A model generated the notes under the pieces. It was not told the origin of the DNA and did no database searches. It worked only from the letters and a program-made list of their open reading frames with translations. A stretch of 64,000 bases of DNA, from the sequence record MW250785; one strand, written 5' to 3'. Of the stretch, positions 1 to 9,413 are shown in pieces. Position 1 is the first letter of the stretch, and the number at the start of each line of letters is the position of its first letter. Both the position numbers and the translations under genes were made by a program. The DNA is from Escherichia phage UPEC03.

Positions 1-46
1 CCAGTAAAGGCTGTGCTGCGGCTTTCAGTTCGTCAAAAGTATACAT
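1..46 (-). CDS. hypothetical protein, 5' end only (gene runs off window start; begins MYTFDELKAAAQPLL)
   Basis: ATG at 46..44 preceded by AGGAG-like SD and a copy of the repeated GAAACGAAAC leader; rest of gene outside window. Confidence 0.3.
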   Translation of the reverse strand, partial: MYTFDELKAAAQPLL

Positions 47-125
47 GGTAAAATCTCCTAAGTGTGTTTCGTTTCTATGGGATAACTATATCAAAGCTAT
101 CCCATGAAGTCTTTAGCAAAAAGTG
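47..125 (-). promoter_or_regulatory. partial copy of repeated early promoter/leader cassette (TATAGT -10-like, GAAACGAAAC leader, SD)
   Basis: Minus-strand leader ...CCCATAGAAACGAAACACACTTAGGAGA...ATG; shares 17-mer TAGCACTTTTTGCTAAA with the cassette at 46591-46607. Confidence 0.4.
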
Positions 126-132
126 CTATTTG

Positions 133-336
133 TTAAACCCGTTTCCCTTGATACCATTTCGGGAAAACAACCCGCTCGATAAAAGTTCTTCCCAGGTTGA
201 AACTATCACCGAACAGGAGAACACCGAACAGCGGATCGCGTTTGATGTCATTTTTCCCAACAGTTTTCATTTTCCCTTCATGGATCACGGTGTCGCCCAC
301 CGTGATATCCTTGATGCTTACTTTTACATGATGCAT
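133..336 (-). CDS. hypothetical small protein
   Basis: ORF in same orientation as neighbours; no recognisable domain. Confidence 0.3.
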   Translation of the reverse strand: MHHVKVSIKDITVGDTVIHEGKMKTVGKNDIKRDPLFGVLLFGDSFNLGRTFIERVVFPKWYQGKRV

Positions 337-485
337 ACGATCACCTCTGCGAGTTTAGCAGGTTTTGCTTCTGGTCTAACTTTCAACGCATCATTCAGAT
401 TCTTTTCAACCATAACTACTGCGTCGTTTTCGTTGAAACCGTTCTTAACCAGGACTTTAACTACTTTGGCTTCTAAGTTTTTCAT
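324..485 (-). CDS. hypothetical small protein (53 aa, internal start MKNLEAK...)
   Basis: ATG directly downstream of conserved leader ...ATCGAAACGAAACAGACAAAAGGAAC; SD AAGGA. Confidence 0.4.
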   Translation of the reverse strand: MKNLEAKVVKVLVKNGFNENDAVVMVEKNLNDALKVRPEAKPAKLAEVIVCIM

Positions 486-560
486 GATGCGTTCCTTTTG
501 TCTGTTTCGTTTCGATGTGTGTAATATACTGCATATCGAAATTTGGGTCAATACCCAAAT
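486..560 (-). promoter_or_regulatory. promoter-early stem-loop (PeSL)-like cassette: hairpin ATTTGGGT-ATTG-ACCCAAAT containing -35 TTGACC, 17-nt spacer, -10 TATATT, conserved leader
   Basis: Read on minus strand; near-identical leader recurs at 46644-46680, 56187-56240, 62171-62200. Confidence 0.5.
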
Positions 561-1045
561 CAAAGAAAATCGTATTTTTCTTTTAATTTTTCGTAATACG
601 TATCCCATGCGGTTTCGTCGTTGATGATCTCAGTACCGAACCGATAAGCACGTTTGCGCAGTTCGAAACGTTCACGAATGCGCTCAACATTGATTTTCAC
701 TGATTCCGGCGTTGGTTGCCAATCTGCGCACAAATGACGATGAAACAGGGAGTTTGACAGCGGACTAAGATCGAAATCTTCGTATGCACCGTCCATGTAT
801 TCTTTACCATTACGCGCGAGGTATTCAGCACGTAATGCAGCATGACGATCGCGAAGGTATCCCAGCTTATTGTAAAAGAAGGTTACGTGTCCGGTTCCCA
901 GCGTATACACAGCAGGGATTTTTGACAGGTTGATTTTTGCCTTACCGGATAAAACGGCGTTGGGAATGCGAGGGAGTTCGCGCAGTTCTGCAATCAGGTG
1001 TTCGTTCAGCAGAAGAGAAGGATCGATTGTGTTAATACGTGTCAT
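560..1045 (-). CDS. denV: endonuclease V (pyrimidine-dimer DNA glycosylase), DenV-like
   Basis: MTRIN...ELRELPRIP...TLGTGHVTFFYNKLGYLRDRH matches T4 DenV N-terminus and core; start chosen at internal ATG (1045) with GGAGG SD. Confidence 0.85.
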   Translation of the reverse strand: MTRINTIDPSLLLNEHLIAELRELPRIPNAVLSGKAKINLSKIPAVYTLGTGHVTFFYNKLGYLRDRHAALRAEYLARNGKEYMDGAYEDFDLSPLSNSLFHRHLCADWQPTPESVKINVERIRERFELRKRAYRFGTEIINDETAWDTYYEKLKEKYDFL

Positions 1046-1071
1046 AGTTGCCTCCGTTTGGTATGTGCGCA

Positions 1072-1105
1072 ATATACAAAAAAGCCCCTTGCAATGCAAG
1101 AGGCC
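1072..1105 (-). terminator. intrinsic terminator-like hairpin (CTTGC-AAT-GCAAG) followed by U-run on minus strand
   Basis: Stem-loop immediately downstream of ORF 1113..1421; approximate coordinates. Confidence 0.45.
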
Positions 1106-1112
1106 ATTAAAA

Positions 1113-1421
1113 TTATTTTGCCAGTGGTATAAGCATCTTTCGCATACCGCCGTTTTGTGTCGCATCATACACGCGTTTAGCTTCAATAAGGGAAAGTTCG
1201 ATATGGCATGATTTTCCTTTAACATCTATATCGAAAGTTACTATACCACTTGCTACGCTTACATGAGTAAAGATAAACTCACCCGCGAAATGTTTTTGAA
1301 ACGCTTTTTCGTGATCCAGGAACCATTCAAACGCTTCCCCGTGCTGGTACAGTCTGACGATAATCATTGAAACTATGACGAAAATCAGAACTGCTGCGAC
1401 GATCGTAAGCTCTTTCATCAC
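1113..1421 (-). CDS. hypothetical membrane protein (N-terminal TM helix)
   Basis: Hydrophobic segment IVAAVLIFVIVSMIIV; no recognised domain. Confidence 0.5.
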   Translation of the reverse strand: MMKELTIVAAVLIFVIVSMIIVRLYQHGEAFEWFLDHEKAFQKHFAGEFIFTHVSVASGIVTFDIDVKGKSCHIELSLIEAKRVYDATQNGGMRKMLIPLAK

Positions 1422-1627
1422 TTGCCCCTGTTCACAGATTGACGGTGTAACGCACGGTTAATGCGTGGCGCTTGATATGGTTTCATTTTGTACGGTGTCG
1501 GATCAGAGTATTCGATCCGGTTAGGTAATGAATACATTTCAACATTTGGCTGAATCCAGCGGATTGAGTCGATTAACCCTTGAGTTAACGCACGACCGAA
1601 ACCTACACCAACTAAACATAAACGCAT
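1418..1627 (-). CDS. hypothetical protein
   Basis: ORF with 4-nt overlap to downstream gene (translational coupling pattern). Confidence 0.4.
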   Translation of the reverse strand: MRLCLVGVGFGRALTQGLIDSIRWIQPNVEMYSLPNRIEYSDPTPYKMKPYQAPRINRALHRQSVNRGK

Positions 1628-1814
1628 AATATCCCCTTACTGTGCCAGAATGTGAAGCCATTCACCCAACCACACGATCGCCTGATAAGACAACCACACC
1701 GCGCCGGACACACAAGCAATCACACCAATGATCGCGAATCCAATTAAAATGTTCAAACCTTCTTTCAAATCACCAAACATGTTTTATCCTCTTTTGTTTC
1801 AGTCCCTACAAAAT

Positions 1815-1850
1815 AACAAAGCCCCTGCACGAATGCAAGGGCTTTTTATC
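1815..1850. terminator. bidirectional GC-rich hairpin GCCCCTGCA-CGAA-TGCAAGGGC flanked by A- and T-runs
   Basis: Seen in sequence just downstream of minus-strand ORF 1849..2130. Confidence 0.55.
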
Positions 1851-2130
1851 ATAATTCGACTAACTGAGGCAATTTCAGAACCATCCCCGGAAGGATATAG
1901 CTTGCATTGCTAACGGTTTTACGGTTCAACTTAGCGATGGACTGCCAGCGCTCACCACGACCGTATAATTTTTCAGCGATTGAATACATGCTATCGCCAG
2001 GCTGAACAACATATTCATCGTATTCGACTTTAACGAACGCGGGGTTCATGAGAATGTCAAACATCTGCGCTTTTGCTTCGTTCAGTGTTTTTGCATGTAC
2101 AGTTTTACCTACAAATGATAATTTAATCAT
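1849..2130 (-). CDS. LysM-domain protein
   Basis: C-terminal YVVQPGDSMYSIAEKLYG...RWQSIAKLN...ILPGMVLKLP resembles LysM peptidoglycan-binding motif. Confidence 0.5.
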   Translation of the reverse strand: MIKLSFVGKTVHAKTLNEAKAQMFDILMNPAFVKVEYDEYVVQPGDSMYSIAEKLYGRGERWQSIAKLNRKTVSNASYILPGMVLKLPQLVEL

Positions 2131-2798
2131 CTTTTCCTCGGCAGACTCAATGGATCGGTTTCTTCTTCACTTGGGGGTTCTTCCAGCCCCAGCGCATATC
2201 TCAATGAATAGACTATCATCAAAACATCTTTCGCGCAATCGTGAATTGAATTATGCATCACAAAACCATCAAGCAACCCTTTCCGAAGAGGACAGGTCGA
2301 AGCATCACGCGTTAACAGGCGGTTTTCGATACATGTACGCACATCGCGACTATTCCAGAACACGGTCGGCATATCTTCGAAGATGTCGATCTTGCCAACC
2401 ATCTTACGCACGATATCAACCAGGATACCGCGATCGAATTCAGGGCCACGAACATAATCGAGTGATTGCCAACGGCTCACACCGTCCGCTTTCAGGTCTT
2501 CAAAGAATTGTCTGTGTCCTGCATACAGTTCCAGATCTTCCGGCGACGGTTTCAGGATTTGACGGGCTTCTTCGCTTTGTTGTTTCCACCAGGCGATTGT
2601 TCCCTGATCAGCAATACGATCAGGCTGATTGCGTAAATCAAATTTGTACTTGCGCCCCCGTGCAACCAGTTCCGCGAACGTTGGCGGGTTATGTGGATCA
2701 TCAACAAATGGAACGTATGAGAGTTCAATCACCTTCCCGTTCGGGGAAGGGCCAACCGTTTCATAATCCCATACGTAATCTACAGGTAAATGACTCAT
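2127..2798 (-). CDS. dexA: exonuclease A (DEDDh 3'-5' exonuclease), DexA-like
   Basis: WDYETVG (Exo I), HNSIHDCAKD (Exo III) and C-terminal TCPLRKGLLDGFV...LSLPRKR closely resemble T4 DexA. Confidence 0.8.
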   Translation of the reverse strand: MSHLPVDYVWDYETVGPSPNGKVIELSYVPFVDDPHNPPTFAELVARGRKYKFDLRNQPDRIADQGTIAWWKQQSEEARQILKPSPEDLELYAGHRQFFEDLKADGVSRWQSLDYVRGPEFDRGILVDIVRKMVGKIDIFEDMPTVFWNSRDVRTCIENRLLTRDASTCPLRKGLLDGFVMHNSIHDCAKDVLMIVYSLRYALGLEEPPSEEETDPLSLPRKR

Positions 2799-3106
2799 GA
2801 AGTTCTCCGCTTATACTCTTCCATGAAGTACGCCAGCGTAAGCGCAACTTCTGGGTTGATATCAAAAGTTTCAAACTCTTTGCTTTGCAAAGTCATCATA
2901 CCGAACTGACGCAGACCGGAATGATAAATTGCCTTTTCCAGACGGTTCGCGTTTTCAACAGCTTCTGTGAATTCGTCCAACACATCACGATCGATGAAAT
3001 GCGGAAGTTCTTGAACAGGGGTTTTGAAAATTAGATCTGCAATCGCTTCCGCGTGGAGGCGTGGGATCTGGATAGATATGTCTTTTTTCATGATATTAAT
3101 GTCCAT
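2795..3106 (-). CDS. hypothetical protein
   Basis: ORF, overlapping stop/start with neighbours. Confidence 0.45.
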   Translation of the reverse strand: MDINIMKKDISIQIPRLHAEAIADLIFKTPVQELPHFIDRDVLDEFTEAVENANRLEKAIYHSGLRQFGMMTLQSKEFETFDINPEVALTLAYFMEEYKRRTS

Positions 3107-3402
3107 ATGTCTTTATCTTCACGAATGTTTCGTGCCATTCGAAGGATCAGCACGATAACGCCATATTCATCATAAGTCAGTTCGACTTCTTTTGCAATAG
3201 GACTCCATGAATAACTTGGACCGTTCGGAGAATACAGAATATCGTTAGATTTTTCAATGAAGCGCAAACGGTGAATAACTTCTTGCGGATCTGCTGCGCT
3301 ATACATCCCGAACACATTGACCGCATGTGGATCTTTTTCTCGAATTTTATCGAGTGCTTCAAGAATTCGGGGAATGTCTTTTACAAGGATAGTCAATTTC
3401 AT
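3088..3402 (-). CDS. hypothetical protein
   Basis: ORF downstream of dda; SD GAGG before start. Confidence 0.45.
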   Translation of the reverse strand: MKLTILVKDIPRILEALDKIREKDPHAVNVFGMYSAADPQEVIHRLRFIEKSNDILYSPNGPSYSWSPIAKEVELTYDEYGVIVLILRMARNIREDKDIWTLIS

Positions 3403-3409
3403 AATAACC

Positions 3410-3432
3410 TCAAAAGGGGCAAAGCCCCTTAT
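3410..3432 (-). terminator. GC hairpin AAGGGGC-AAA-GCCCCTT after dda, followed by U-run
   Basis: Seen in sequence; overlaps dda stop codon. Confidence 0.5.
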
Positions 3433-4760
3433 ACATAATCAACGGTGTAACGTGCGCGGGTTACGCCCACATAGATTAACTGCTTACACAGATCGTAATC
3501 TGCGAACGCATACGCATCGCGCGTGTACATATACGCATGGTCATACGTGCTCCCCTGTGATTTGTGATACGTGCAAACCGGAAGAGGCTTAACATCCTGG
3601 AACTTGTTTTTAATCGCCCAGAACGAATGCCACGGGGCTTTATAGCCTGTTTGCTGCTTGATGCGCTTATAAGTGCTCGCAACGTAGGCCAGATAGTTAC
3701 CCAGACGGTCTTTCATCACCGGATCAACAACAACCTGAATCTGTGCTTCGGTTTCCTCTTCGAGCGATACCGTTTTCAGAAGATAGAATTCAAGTTCGAT
3801 CTTCTCGTCGCACTTCTCCGCCTTGATAACTTCCCGACGCGGGATGATCTCTAAGACTCGGATTTTTTCGTTGTTGTTATAAACAATCTCGGTGAAGATC
3901 TGCCCGTTCAACCGCATTTCCTGAACTAACGGTTCCTGCATCACGATCACTTCATCGAGAATGAACGGTTCTGTTGTTTTGTACAGGTGTTTACGGATCG
4001 TTGCGTTCAGCTTGTCTACGTTGTCGTTAGTATACGCGAACATGCGGTTCTCGATCAAGTCATCCGGCGTTTTAACACGGCGGAAATACTGACGGAGGAA
4101 GTCAACAGCGTTAGCATGTTGGAACACACCCAGATCACCGACAGACATCGGTTTCAGCATCTTACCATCACGTACAGCCCGTGAAACCTGAATAATCGGG
4201 TTCCCTTCTGCCTGACGCATGATTTTATCCATACGGATAACATCAAAGATTTCTTCATCAAAGAACGGGGAGAGTTCAACACGTCCATCGGCGTTTACCG
4301 GACGGATCTGATCTTTATCACCCAGTCCCAGAATAACAGCGTTGCTTGGAATACTGCGCCGGATGATTCGGAACAGATCCATATCAACCATCGAGACTTC
4401 TTCAACAACGAACACGCGACAGGTAGACAGATCAGGCGCTTTCTTGCCTTTCTGCTGTTCGAACACACGCAGTTCTTCGTTAGTCACAGGGCTAATCTTC
4501 AATGCAGAATGAATCGTTGTTGCGTCCATTCCCGTAGCCGCTGCTAACACGTTTTTAGCCTGGTGTGTTGGGGCAGTTAACCAAATACCGCTAATCCCCA
4601 ACCCTTTCAGAGTGTTAAAGACAAACTTAACCAGTGTTGTTTTACCAACACCAGGGCCACCCGTAATAGTTGTATGAATGGCGTTCTGGATGTTGTGGAT
4701 CACGCGATCATGCGCGGACTTCTGATCGTCGCTCAGATCATCAAATGTTAACTCGCTCAT
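3429..4760 (-). CDS. dda: Dda DNA helicase (SF1B)
   Basis: 443 aa; Walker A GGPGVGKTT; strong similarity to T4 Dda along whole length (…YVGVTRARYTVDYV C-terminus). Confidence 0.9.
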   Translation of the reverse strand: MSELTFDDLSDDQKSAHDRVIHNIQNAIHTTITGGPGVGKTTLVKFVFNTLKGLGISGIWLTAPTHQAKNVLAAATGMDATTIHSALKISPVTNEELRVFEQQKGKKAPDLSTCRVFVVEEVSMVDMDLFRIIRRSIPSNAVILGLGDKDQIRPVNADGRVELSPFFDEEIFDVIRMDKIMRQAEGNPIIQVSRAVRDGKMLKPMSVGDLGVFQHANAVDFLRQYFRRVKTPDDLIENRMFAYTNDNVDKLNATIRKHLYKTTEPFILDEVIVMQEPLVQEMRLNGQIFTEIVYNNNEKIRVLEIIPRREVIKAEKCDEKIELEFYLLKTVSLEEETEAQIQVVVDPVMKDRLGNYLAYVASTYKRIKQQTGYKAPWHSFWAIKNKFQDVKPLPVCTYHKSQGSTYDHAYMYTRDAYAFADYDLCKQLIYVGVTRARYTVDYV

Positions 4761-5044
4761 AATTTGAGTAATACCCCTTGAATTTTCGAATTCTCAATAA
4801 ACCAACGCATCTCTTTTTTCTGTTCTTCGGTTGCTGGTAGTTGCTCGGTTTTGCGGAAGAAACTGAAACGCGGTTCGTCCGGTACGTAGTTGAGTTTGCT
4901 TTCGTAGCACTTGCGGATAAAGTCTAACTTATCCTTTGCTTCTGCTGGAGTTGCAAACAGTTCCGGCGTTTTCCCGTTTTCAACGTATGGAATAGTAAAG
5001 CCGTCTTTGTCTTTCGTAACAATGATATAGTATTTGTCAATCAT
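4757..5044 (-). CDS. hypothetical protein
   Basis: ORF with 4-nt overlaps on both sides. Confidence 0.45.
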   Translation of the reverse strand: MIDKYYIIVTKDKDGFTIPYVENGKTPELFATPAEAKDKLDFIRKCYESKLNYVPDEPRFSFFRKTEQLPATEEQKKEMRWFIENSKIQGVLLKL

Positions 5045-5223
5045 TTTCGCCCCTCATAGATGACGTAGAAAAAACCTATAACCCATAGCAATGATAATAC
5101 TATCAAAGCGGCTTTTCTGTCAACACCGTTAACGTGGAAAACGCACCATCCGAAGAGATACGTTATCACCGCGCAAACGATATAAGACAAAGCAAATACG
5201 GCATGTAGCGCGGTGAGTTCCAT
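5041..5223 (-). CDS. hypothetical small membrane protein (two TM segments)
   Basis: 60 aa, hydrophobic. Confidence 0.4.
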   Translation of the reverse strand: MELTALHAVFALSYIVCAVITYLFGWCVFHVNGVDRKAALIVLSLLWVIGFFYVIYEGRK

Positions 5224-5756
5224 TAGTAGTTGTTAGCCCAACGACGCAGGTTTTCCGCCTGTTTCAGAGCATACAGCTTGTAGATGGTTTCCGCATCAAG
5301 TCCCAGCGCGAGGAACTTACACATGAAGAAGTGCCACTGGTCAATCAGTTCAAACAGGATTTCCAGTTTGTCTTCTTCTTTCATTTCTGCGAATACCTGG
5401 CTACGCAGTTCCTGGTGATTTGCTTTCCACGGTTTCCAGACACCGGAAGCCGCTTTTGCACCGCGTGACATACCGCCCAGAGCGGTGTAAAGTTCGCGGG
5501 TTTCGTCTGCGATTGCATCATCTTGCAGTTTCAGCCAGTCCAGGATCTCACCGCACGTTTTCAGGTTATCAGGGCGCGGAACCCATGAAAGGGTATCAGA
5601 CAGGCTTTGTTGTGCGTGGTTCTGGAGATCCAGCATTGATTGCAGAGGATCGCCGTTACGTGCCAGAACCTTTTGATATTCGGTATCAACAAATTCCAGA
5701 TCAGCAGGGTTAACCAGGTGCGCACAGCTATTAAAAACAGGAGTTTTATCAGTCAT
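5223..5756 (-). CDS. 56: dCTP pyrophosphatase (dCTPase/dUTPase), gp56-like
   Basis: CAHL..DPLQSMLDLQ..GGMSRGAKAASGVWKPWKA..LEILFELIDQWHF..KLYALKQAEN matches T4 gp56. Confidence 0.85.
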   Translation of the reverse strand: MTDKTPVFNSCAHLVNPADLEFVDTEYQKVLARNGDPLQSMLDLQNHAQQSLSDTLSWVPRPDNLKTCGEILDWLKLQDDAIADETRELYTALGGMSRGAKAASGVWKPWKANHQELRSQVFAEMKEEDKLEILFELIDQWHFFMCKFLALGLDAETIYKLYALKQAENLRRWANNY

Positions 5757-6250
5757 TTATTTGTCTCTTCATTATGAAAATTGCCGAAAATCTCTTTTGC
5801 GGCATCATTGTAAGCGGCTTGTGCTTCTTCAACAGTTGCAAAAGAACCCAAATGTTTTCGTTTGCCCTTATATTGAATACTTGCAGAAAATCGGTTTCCG
5901 CGAGGGTATACACCAATGGAACCGCTTGTGTTGTTTTTACGTTTGTTAATGTGATTTGCATTGTTTTCCGCTGTACTTGCTGGACGCAAGTTATCAGGAA
6001 AGTCACCAACATCAACGCCTTTGATATGGTCAATCATATCAGGGAGATACCCAAAACGCGAGTAAAATATAACACGATGACGCATATATTTCACACCTTT
6101 TGTTTCGATGCGGGTATATCCCTTTTTGGTTTTTGTCCCAGCTTCCATACCATTTTTAAGCCAGTAAACCTTTCCGGTATTGTAATCTATTCTAACCTTA
6201 GTCAGAAGATCCTTTATACCATCTATTTCTTTTTCGGACTTCGATCCCAT
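5753..6250 (-). CDS. HNH homing endonuclease with AP2 DNA-binding domain (paralogue A)
   Basis: HNH core RHRVIFYSRFGYLPDMIDHIKGVDVGDFPDNLR plus AP2-like SGSIGVY...YKGKRKHLGSFATVEEAQAAY; termini overlap genes 61 and 56. Confidence 0.8.
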   Translation of the reverse strand: MGSKSEKEIDGIKDLLTKVRIDYNTGKVYWLKNGMEAGTKTKKGYTRIETKGVKYMRHRVIFYSRFGYLPDMIDHIKGVDVGDFPDNLRPASTAENNANHINKRKNNTSGSIGVYPRGNRFSASIQYKGKRKHLGSFATVEEAQAAYNDAAKEIFGNFHNEETNK

Positions 6251-7251
6251 TGGTTGAATCTCAACTTTGCAGTTAAACCGGACACTGTATTTTCTTTCAG
6301 ATACTTAGCAATGTCTGCTTTGGTAGCACCATCACTTTTAATCATTTCGTTGATATCTTTTGACGGCCAGGGGCATTTATCCCATAAAACGACCTTTTCT
6401 CCAGCATCAATCAATTTTTTTAACCTTGCGGTAGTATCTGGATGATGTCGTTCATTGTCAAGAACCCAGACACGCATATTTTTATACGGAACATCGGACA
6501 GCGCCATTTGTCCGCCCGTAATCGCACCAGCATTATCTACAAACAGGCTATCCAGCGGCCCTTCAAGCAGGTAGACAGGTTTCAACGGATCGATGGTATC
6601 TTGACCATACACTTTCGTTGAGTGTTCACATGCTTTGATTGTCATGTATTTTGCGTTGGCATTGTCACGCAAGGCGCGTCCCTGGAATGACTCGATTTTA
6701 CCCTTTTCATCAAAGATAGGGATCACCAAACGCGGTTCATCCTTCGGTAAAGGGTATGCGTCCGCATTCACAGAGTTAACCAGGTGTTGCCATTGACGCG
6801 TAAACCAGAGGCGATCATATTTGTCTTTAGGTATGTGACGACCTGCAACATACTTAACGATAGGGTGATTTTCTGGCAACGTGTCCAGACGTTCGCAGAA
6901 CTGCAATTCAGGAATATATTTCTTTTCTTCCTTCGGCGGTTCTTCGTGCGTCTGTTTTAAATCTTTACGATCCTTGAAAGATTCCATCAAATACGCGGTA
7001 TAATCATCCGGGTAATAGTCTTTCAGAAACACAGAAAACGGCTTGCTGTAGTTGCAGTTAAAACAACCACACATCATGTGTGTGCCTCGTTTTGACGGGA
7101 ATATCCAGAAACGTTTTTTGTGCTTATCCTTCATGGAGTCGCCACAAATCGGACAACGGGAATGGATACTGAATTCTCCACCCCGTCGAACGATTTCGCT
7201 TTGTGGTAATGATCCCATGATACGAGTTGCGAACTCTATATCAAGATACAT
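6223..7251 (-). CDS. 61: DNA primase, gp61-like
   Basis: 342 aa, zinc ribbon CPICGDS...CFNCNY, TOPRIM region EGPLDSLF..., same length as T4 gp61. Confidence 0.9.
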   Translation of the reverse strand: MYLDIEFATRIMGSLPQSEIVRRGGEFSIHSRCPICGDSMKDKHKKRFWIFPSKRGTHMMCGCFNCNYSKPFSVFLKDYYPDDYTAYLMESFKDRKDLKQTHEEPPKEEKKYIPELQFCERLDTLPENHPIVKYVAGRHIPKDKYDRLWFTRQWQHLVNSVNADAYPLPKDEPRLVIPIFDEKGKIESFQGRALRDNANAKYMTIKACEHSTKVYGQDTIDPLKPVYLLEGPLDSLFVDNAGAITGGQMALSDVPYKNMRVWVLDNERHHPDTTARLKKLIDAGEKVVLWDKCPWPSKDINEMIKSDGATKADIAKYLKENTVSGLTAKLRFNQWDRSPKKK

Positions 7252-7259
7252 GTTTACCT

Positions 7260-7481
7260 CTATCGGCTAACTTCTTTCTCTGTGCCGTCTAAAGTGATTT
7301 TCCATTCATAGAATATCTTATAAAACGGATAAGGTCTAGGAATATCAACACCCGATGAAGTTTTTCTTTCGTTCGTGTACACGATCGCTGTGTCGCTCAT
7401 GTACTTGATACGGATAGGAAACCAGGTGTAATTGTTCGCAGTAACCCAGATCCGATAATTCAATGGCGGTAATGGTTTCAT
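7260..7481 (-). CDS. hypothetical protein
   Basis: ORF. Confidence 0.35.
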   Translation of the reverse strand: MKPLPPLNYRIWVTANNYTWFPIRIKYMSDTAIVYTNERKTSSGVDIPRPYPFYKIFYEWKITLDGTEKEVSR

Positions 7482-7969
7482 TCTTCACTCTTCATGATTT
7501 TACGTTTGCGTTTATGCGGACGTGTAGAACCCAGAACCTTCGGCCCTTTGTTCGTGATCGCGCCTGTAGTCACACCCGAAGCAATATTATCCACACTTCC
7601 GCCTGAATCACCTGCAACCATTTCTTCGTTGAGTCTTTCGCGAAGTTCTGGGAGGTTCATCATGATTTCTTCGTGATCTTGCTCGGTCAGGTTCCAGCGG
7701 CTCCGTAACGAGTCATAAGCACTTGTAAGGTTCATGAACCCAGACATATAAGGAACCGCGTTTAAACGGCGCTTGATGTGTCTCACAGAGCGATGGAATG
7801 GGGAATATGCTTCCAGTTCTTCCTTCGTTTTCGGGTTTTTCAATACTTCCCCTTGACCGTCGATGATACCCAGCTTGTAAGCCGTCCATTCAGTCCAGGG
7901 CTTTTTCAGTAGGCGAATCATTCGCACACTGTAGGTTAAATCCATGTTTTTGATTAATTGATCGCTCAT
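7478..7969 (-). CDS. hypothetical protein with basic C-terminal tail (RPHKRKRK)
   Basis: ORF, no recognised domain. Confidence 0.45.
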   Translation of the reverse strand: MSDQLIKNMDLTYSVRMIRLLKKPWTEWTAYKLGIIDGQGEVLKNPKTKEELEAYSPFHRSVRHIKRRLNAVPYMSGFMNLTSAYDSLRSRWNLTEQDHEEIMMNLPELRERLNEEMVAGDSGGSVDNIASGVTTGAITNKGPKVLGSTRPHKRKRKIMKSEE

Positions 7970-7974
7970 AGTCT

Positions 7975-8760
7975 TTACTCTATTGTGAAAGTGAAAAGGT
8001 TTTGCGCGGGTTCTGGCTCCGGTTCGGGGAATTCCATACAGACAACTTCACACATCGGTTTCACGCCTTTCCATTCTTCCAGATAATATCCGGTATCAAT
8101 GCCGCAACCTGGTTGCATTTCAAGGCCAGTTTCATCAAGAAACTTTTTGCATTTCGATGTTGTCGTTGATTCGTCCTGTTGGAAATAACGCCGTCCAGAG
8201 TAACGAAAATTCGCGGACATCTGCGGGAGAATGAACGTACCCGCACGGGCAATCTGTGAAGCACGTTCAATCACTTTATATTCAAATTCCGCGCCCGTAT
8301 ACTTACCCTTAAAATTGGATGTCTTTATCTTGCCGAAAGGTGGATTGCTGATCGCCATATCAAACAGAGTATCAAACTCCGTCGTTAACGCGTCTGCGTT
8401 AATCCAGGTCGCTTCCGGTACGATACGCTTACCCAACTTATAGTATGTATGGTTTAACTCAACACAGACGATTTCACGCGGTTTGGCGTACATCATCATA
8501 TGAAGCATCGCGAAGGATAGTCCACCGATACCCGCGCACAGGTCAACAACGCTTCCACTGGTACAAGCATCAATCGTGAAATCGCGAGCAAGTCCGATCG
8601 GGGTAAAGAATGCACCCAGTTCAGAGTTATTCGTAAATGCACCTTCATGGAAGTTTTCGATAATGAATAATTTTTCGTCGTAGGTTAGCGCCTTGTCAGA
8701 CTCCACCAGATCCATTATCTTGTTGTGTTGTTTGGTTTCCGCTTTCGTTAACTTCGCCAT
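7975..8760 (-). CDS. putative N6-adenine DNA methyltransferase (amino-MTase, gamma-type motif order)
   Basis: Motif X FFTP, motif I VVDLCAGIGGLS, motif IV NPPFGK in that order. Confidence 0.65.
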   Translation of the reverse strand: MAKLTKAETKQHNKIMDLVESDKALTYDEKLFIIENFHEGAFTNNSELGAFFTPIGLARDFTIDACTSGSVVDLCAGIGGLSFAMLHMMMYAKPREIVCVELNHTYYKLGKRIVPEATWINADALTTEFDTLFDMAISNPPFGKIKTSNFKGKYTGAEFEYKVIERASQIARAGTFILPQMSANFRYSGRRYFQQDESTTTSKCKKFLDETGLEMQPGCGIDTGYYLEEWKGVKPMCEVVCMEFPEPEPEPAQNLFTFTIE

Positions 8761-9091
8761 TGGCTTTTTCCGGTAATAAGAACAGAGGGGTAGATTCTAC
8801 CACATCAAAGCCCCAGTCATCAACAATATTGCTTTCCCAGTCGCGGGTTTCCCACGGGCTGCAAATCCACTTATACACCCCAGCAGGATCTTCAACCTGT
8901 TCAGGCATACCCAGCATTTCCGCATTGATACCTTCGTCCAAATAACCAGGATGAATATTAGGCCAACGCATGATATCAACATAGCCTTTGTCATCAACCG
9001 ATACGATCCATTCTGAACGATACGGGCTTTCGAACTCCGGTTCTTCGTCTGGGTATGCTGCAACTAAAATATCGTGTAATAAATCACTCAT
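8696..9091 (-). CDS. hypothetical acidic protein
   Basis: ORF; 65-nt overlap with downstream MTase start suggests one of the starts is later. Confidence 0.4.
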   Translation of the reverse strand: MSDLLHDILVAAYPDEEPEFESPYRSEWIVSVDDKGYVDIMRWPNIHPGYLDEGINAEMLGMPEQVEDPAGVYKWICSPWETRDWESNIVDDWGFDVVESTPLFLLPEKANGEVNESGNQTTQQDNGSGGV

Positions 9092-9354
9092 TTCACTAAC
9101 CCCTCTTTAACGCCCTCTTTCATGGCTTTCAGAACACCGATAAAAGCGTCTTTGCCACCGATAGCGCCGATGATAAGCATCAGGACACCAACACAACCCG
9201 CTAAACCGATTCTGAACAGGTTCCAGGCAAACGGGATAGCCAGAAGCACTAACCACGGGAACGGAAAGCCCATAAGTGCGTTTAGAACCAGTAAGATAAA
9301 AGCGATTGCAAGTTTCATGATGTCCTCCTTTGTTTGTTTAGAATAAGGTATCAC
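9088..9354 (-). CDS. hypothetical membrane protein
   Basis: Multiple hydrophobic helices. Confidence 0.45.
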   Translation of the reverse strand: MIPYSKQTKEDIMKLAIAFILLVLNALMGFPFPWLVLLAIPFAWNLFRIGLAGCVGVLMLIIGAIGGKDAFIGVLKAMKEGVKEGLVK

Positions 9355-9389
9355 CTTTCGAGAAGGATTGCAATACCTACAGATACAAA

Positions 9390-9412
9390 AAAGCCCCTTT
9401 CGGGGCTTAATT
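9390..9412. terminator. GC hairpin AGCCCC-TTTC-GGGGCT with flanking A/T runs
   Basis: Seen in sequence. Confidence 0.5.
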
Positions 9413-9413
9413 T

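Noticed and set aside
64-624. 186-aa plus-strand ORF
   Set aside because: Runs through the minus-strand cassette and small minus-strand genes; all neighbouring genes and signals are on the minus strand.
2048-2800. 250-aa plus-strand ORF
   Set aside because: Antisense to the DexA gene, which has strong homology support; shadow ORF.
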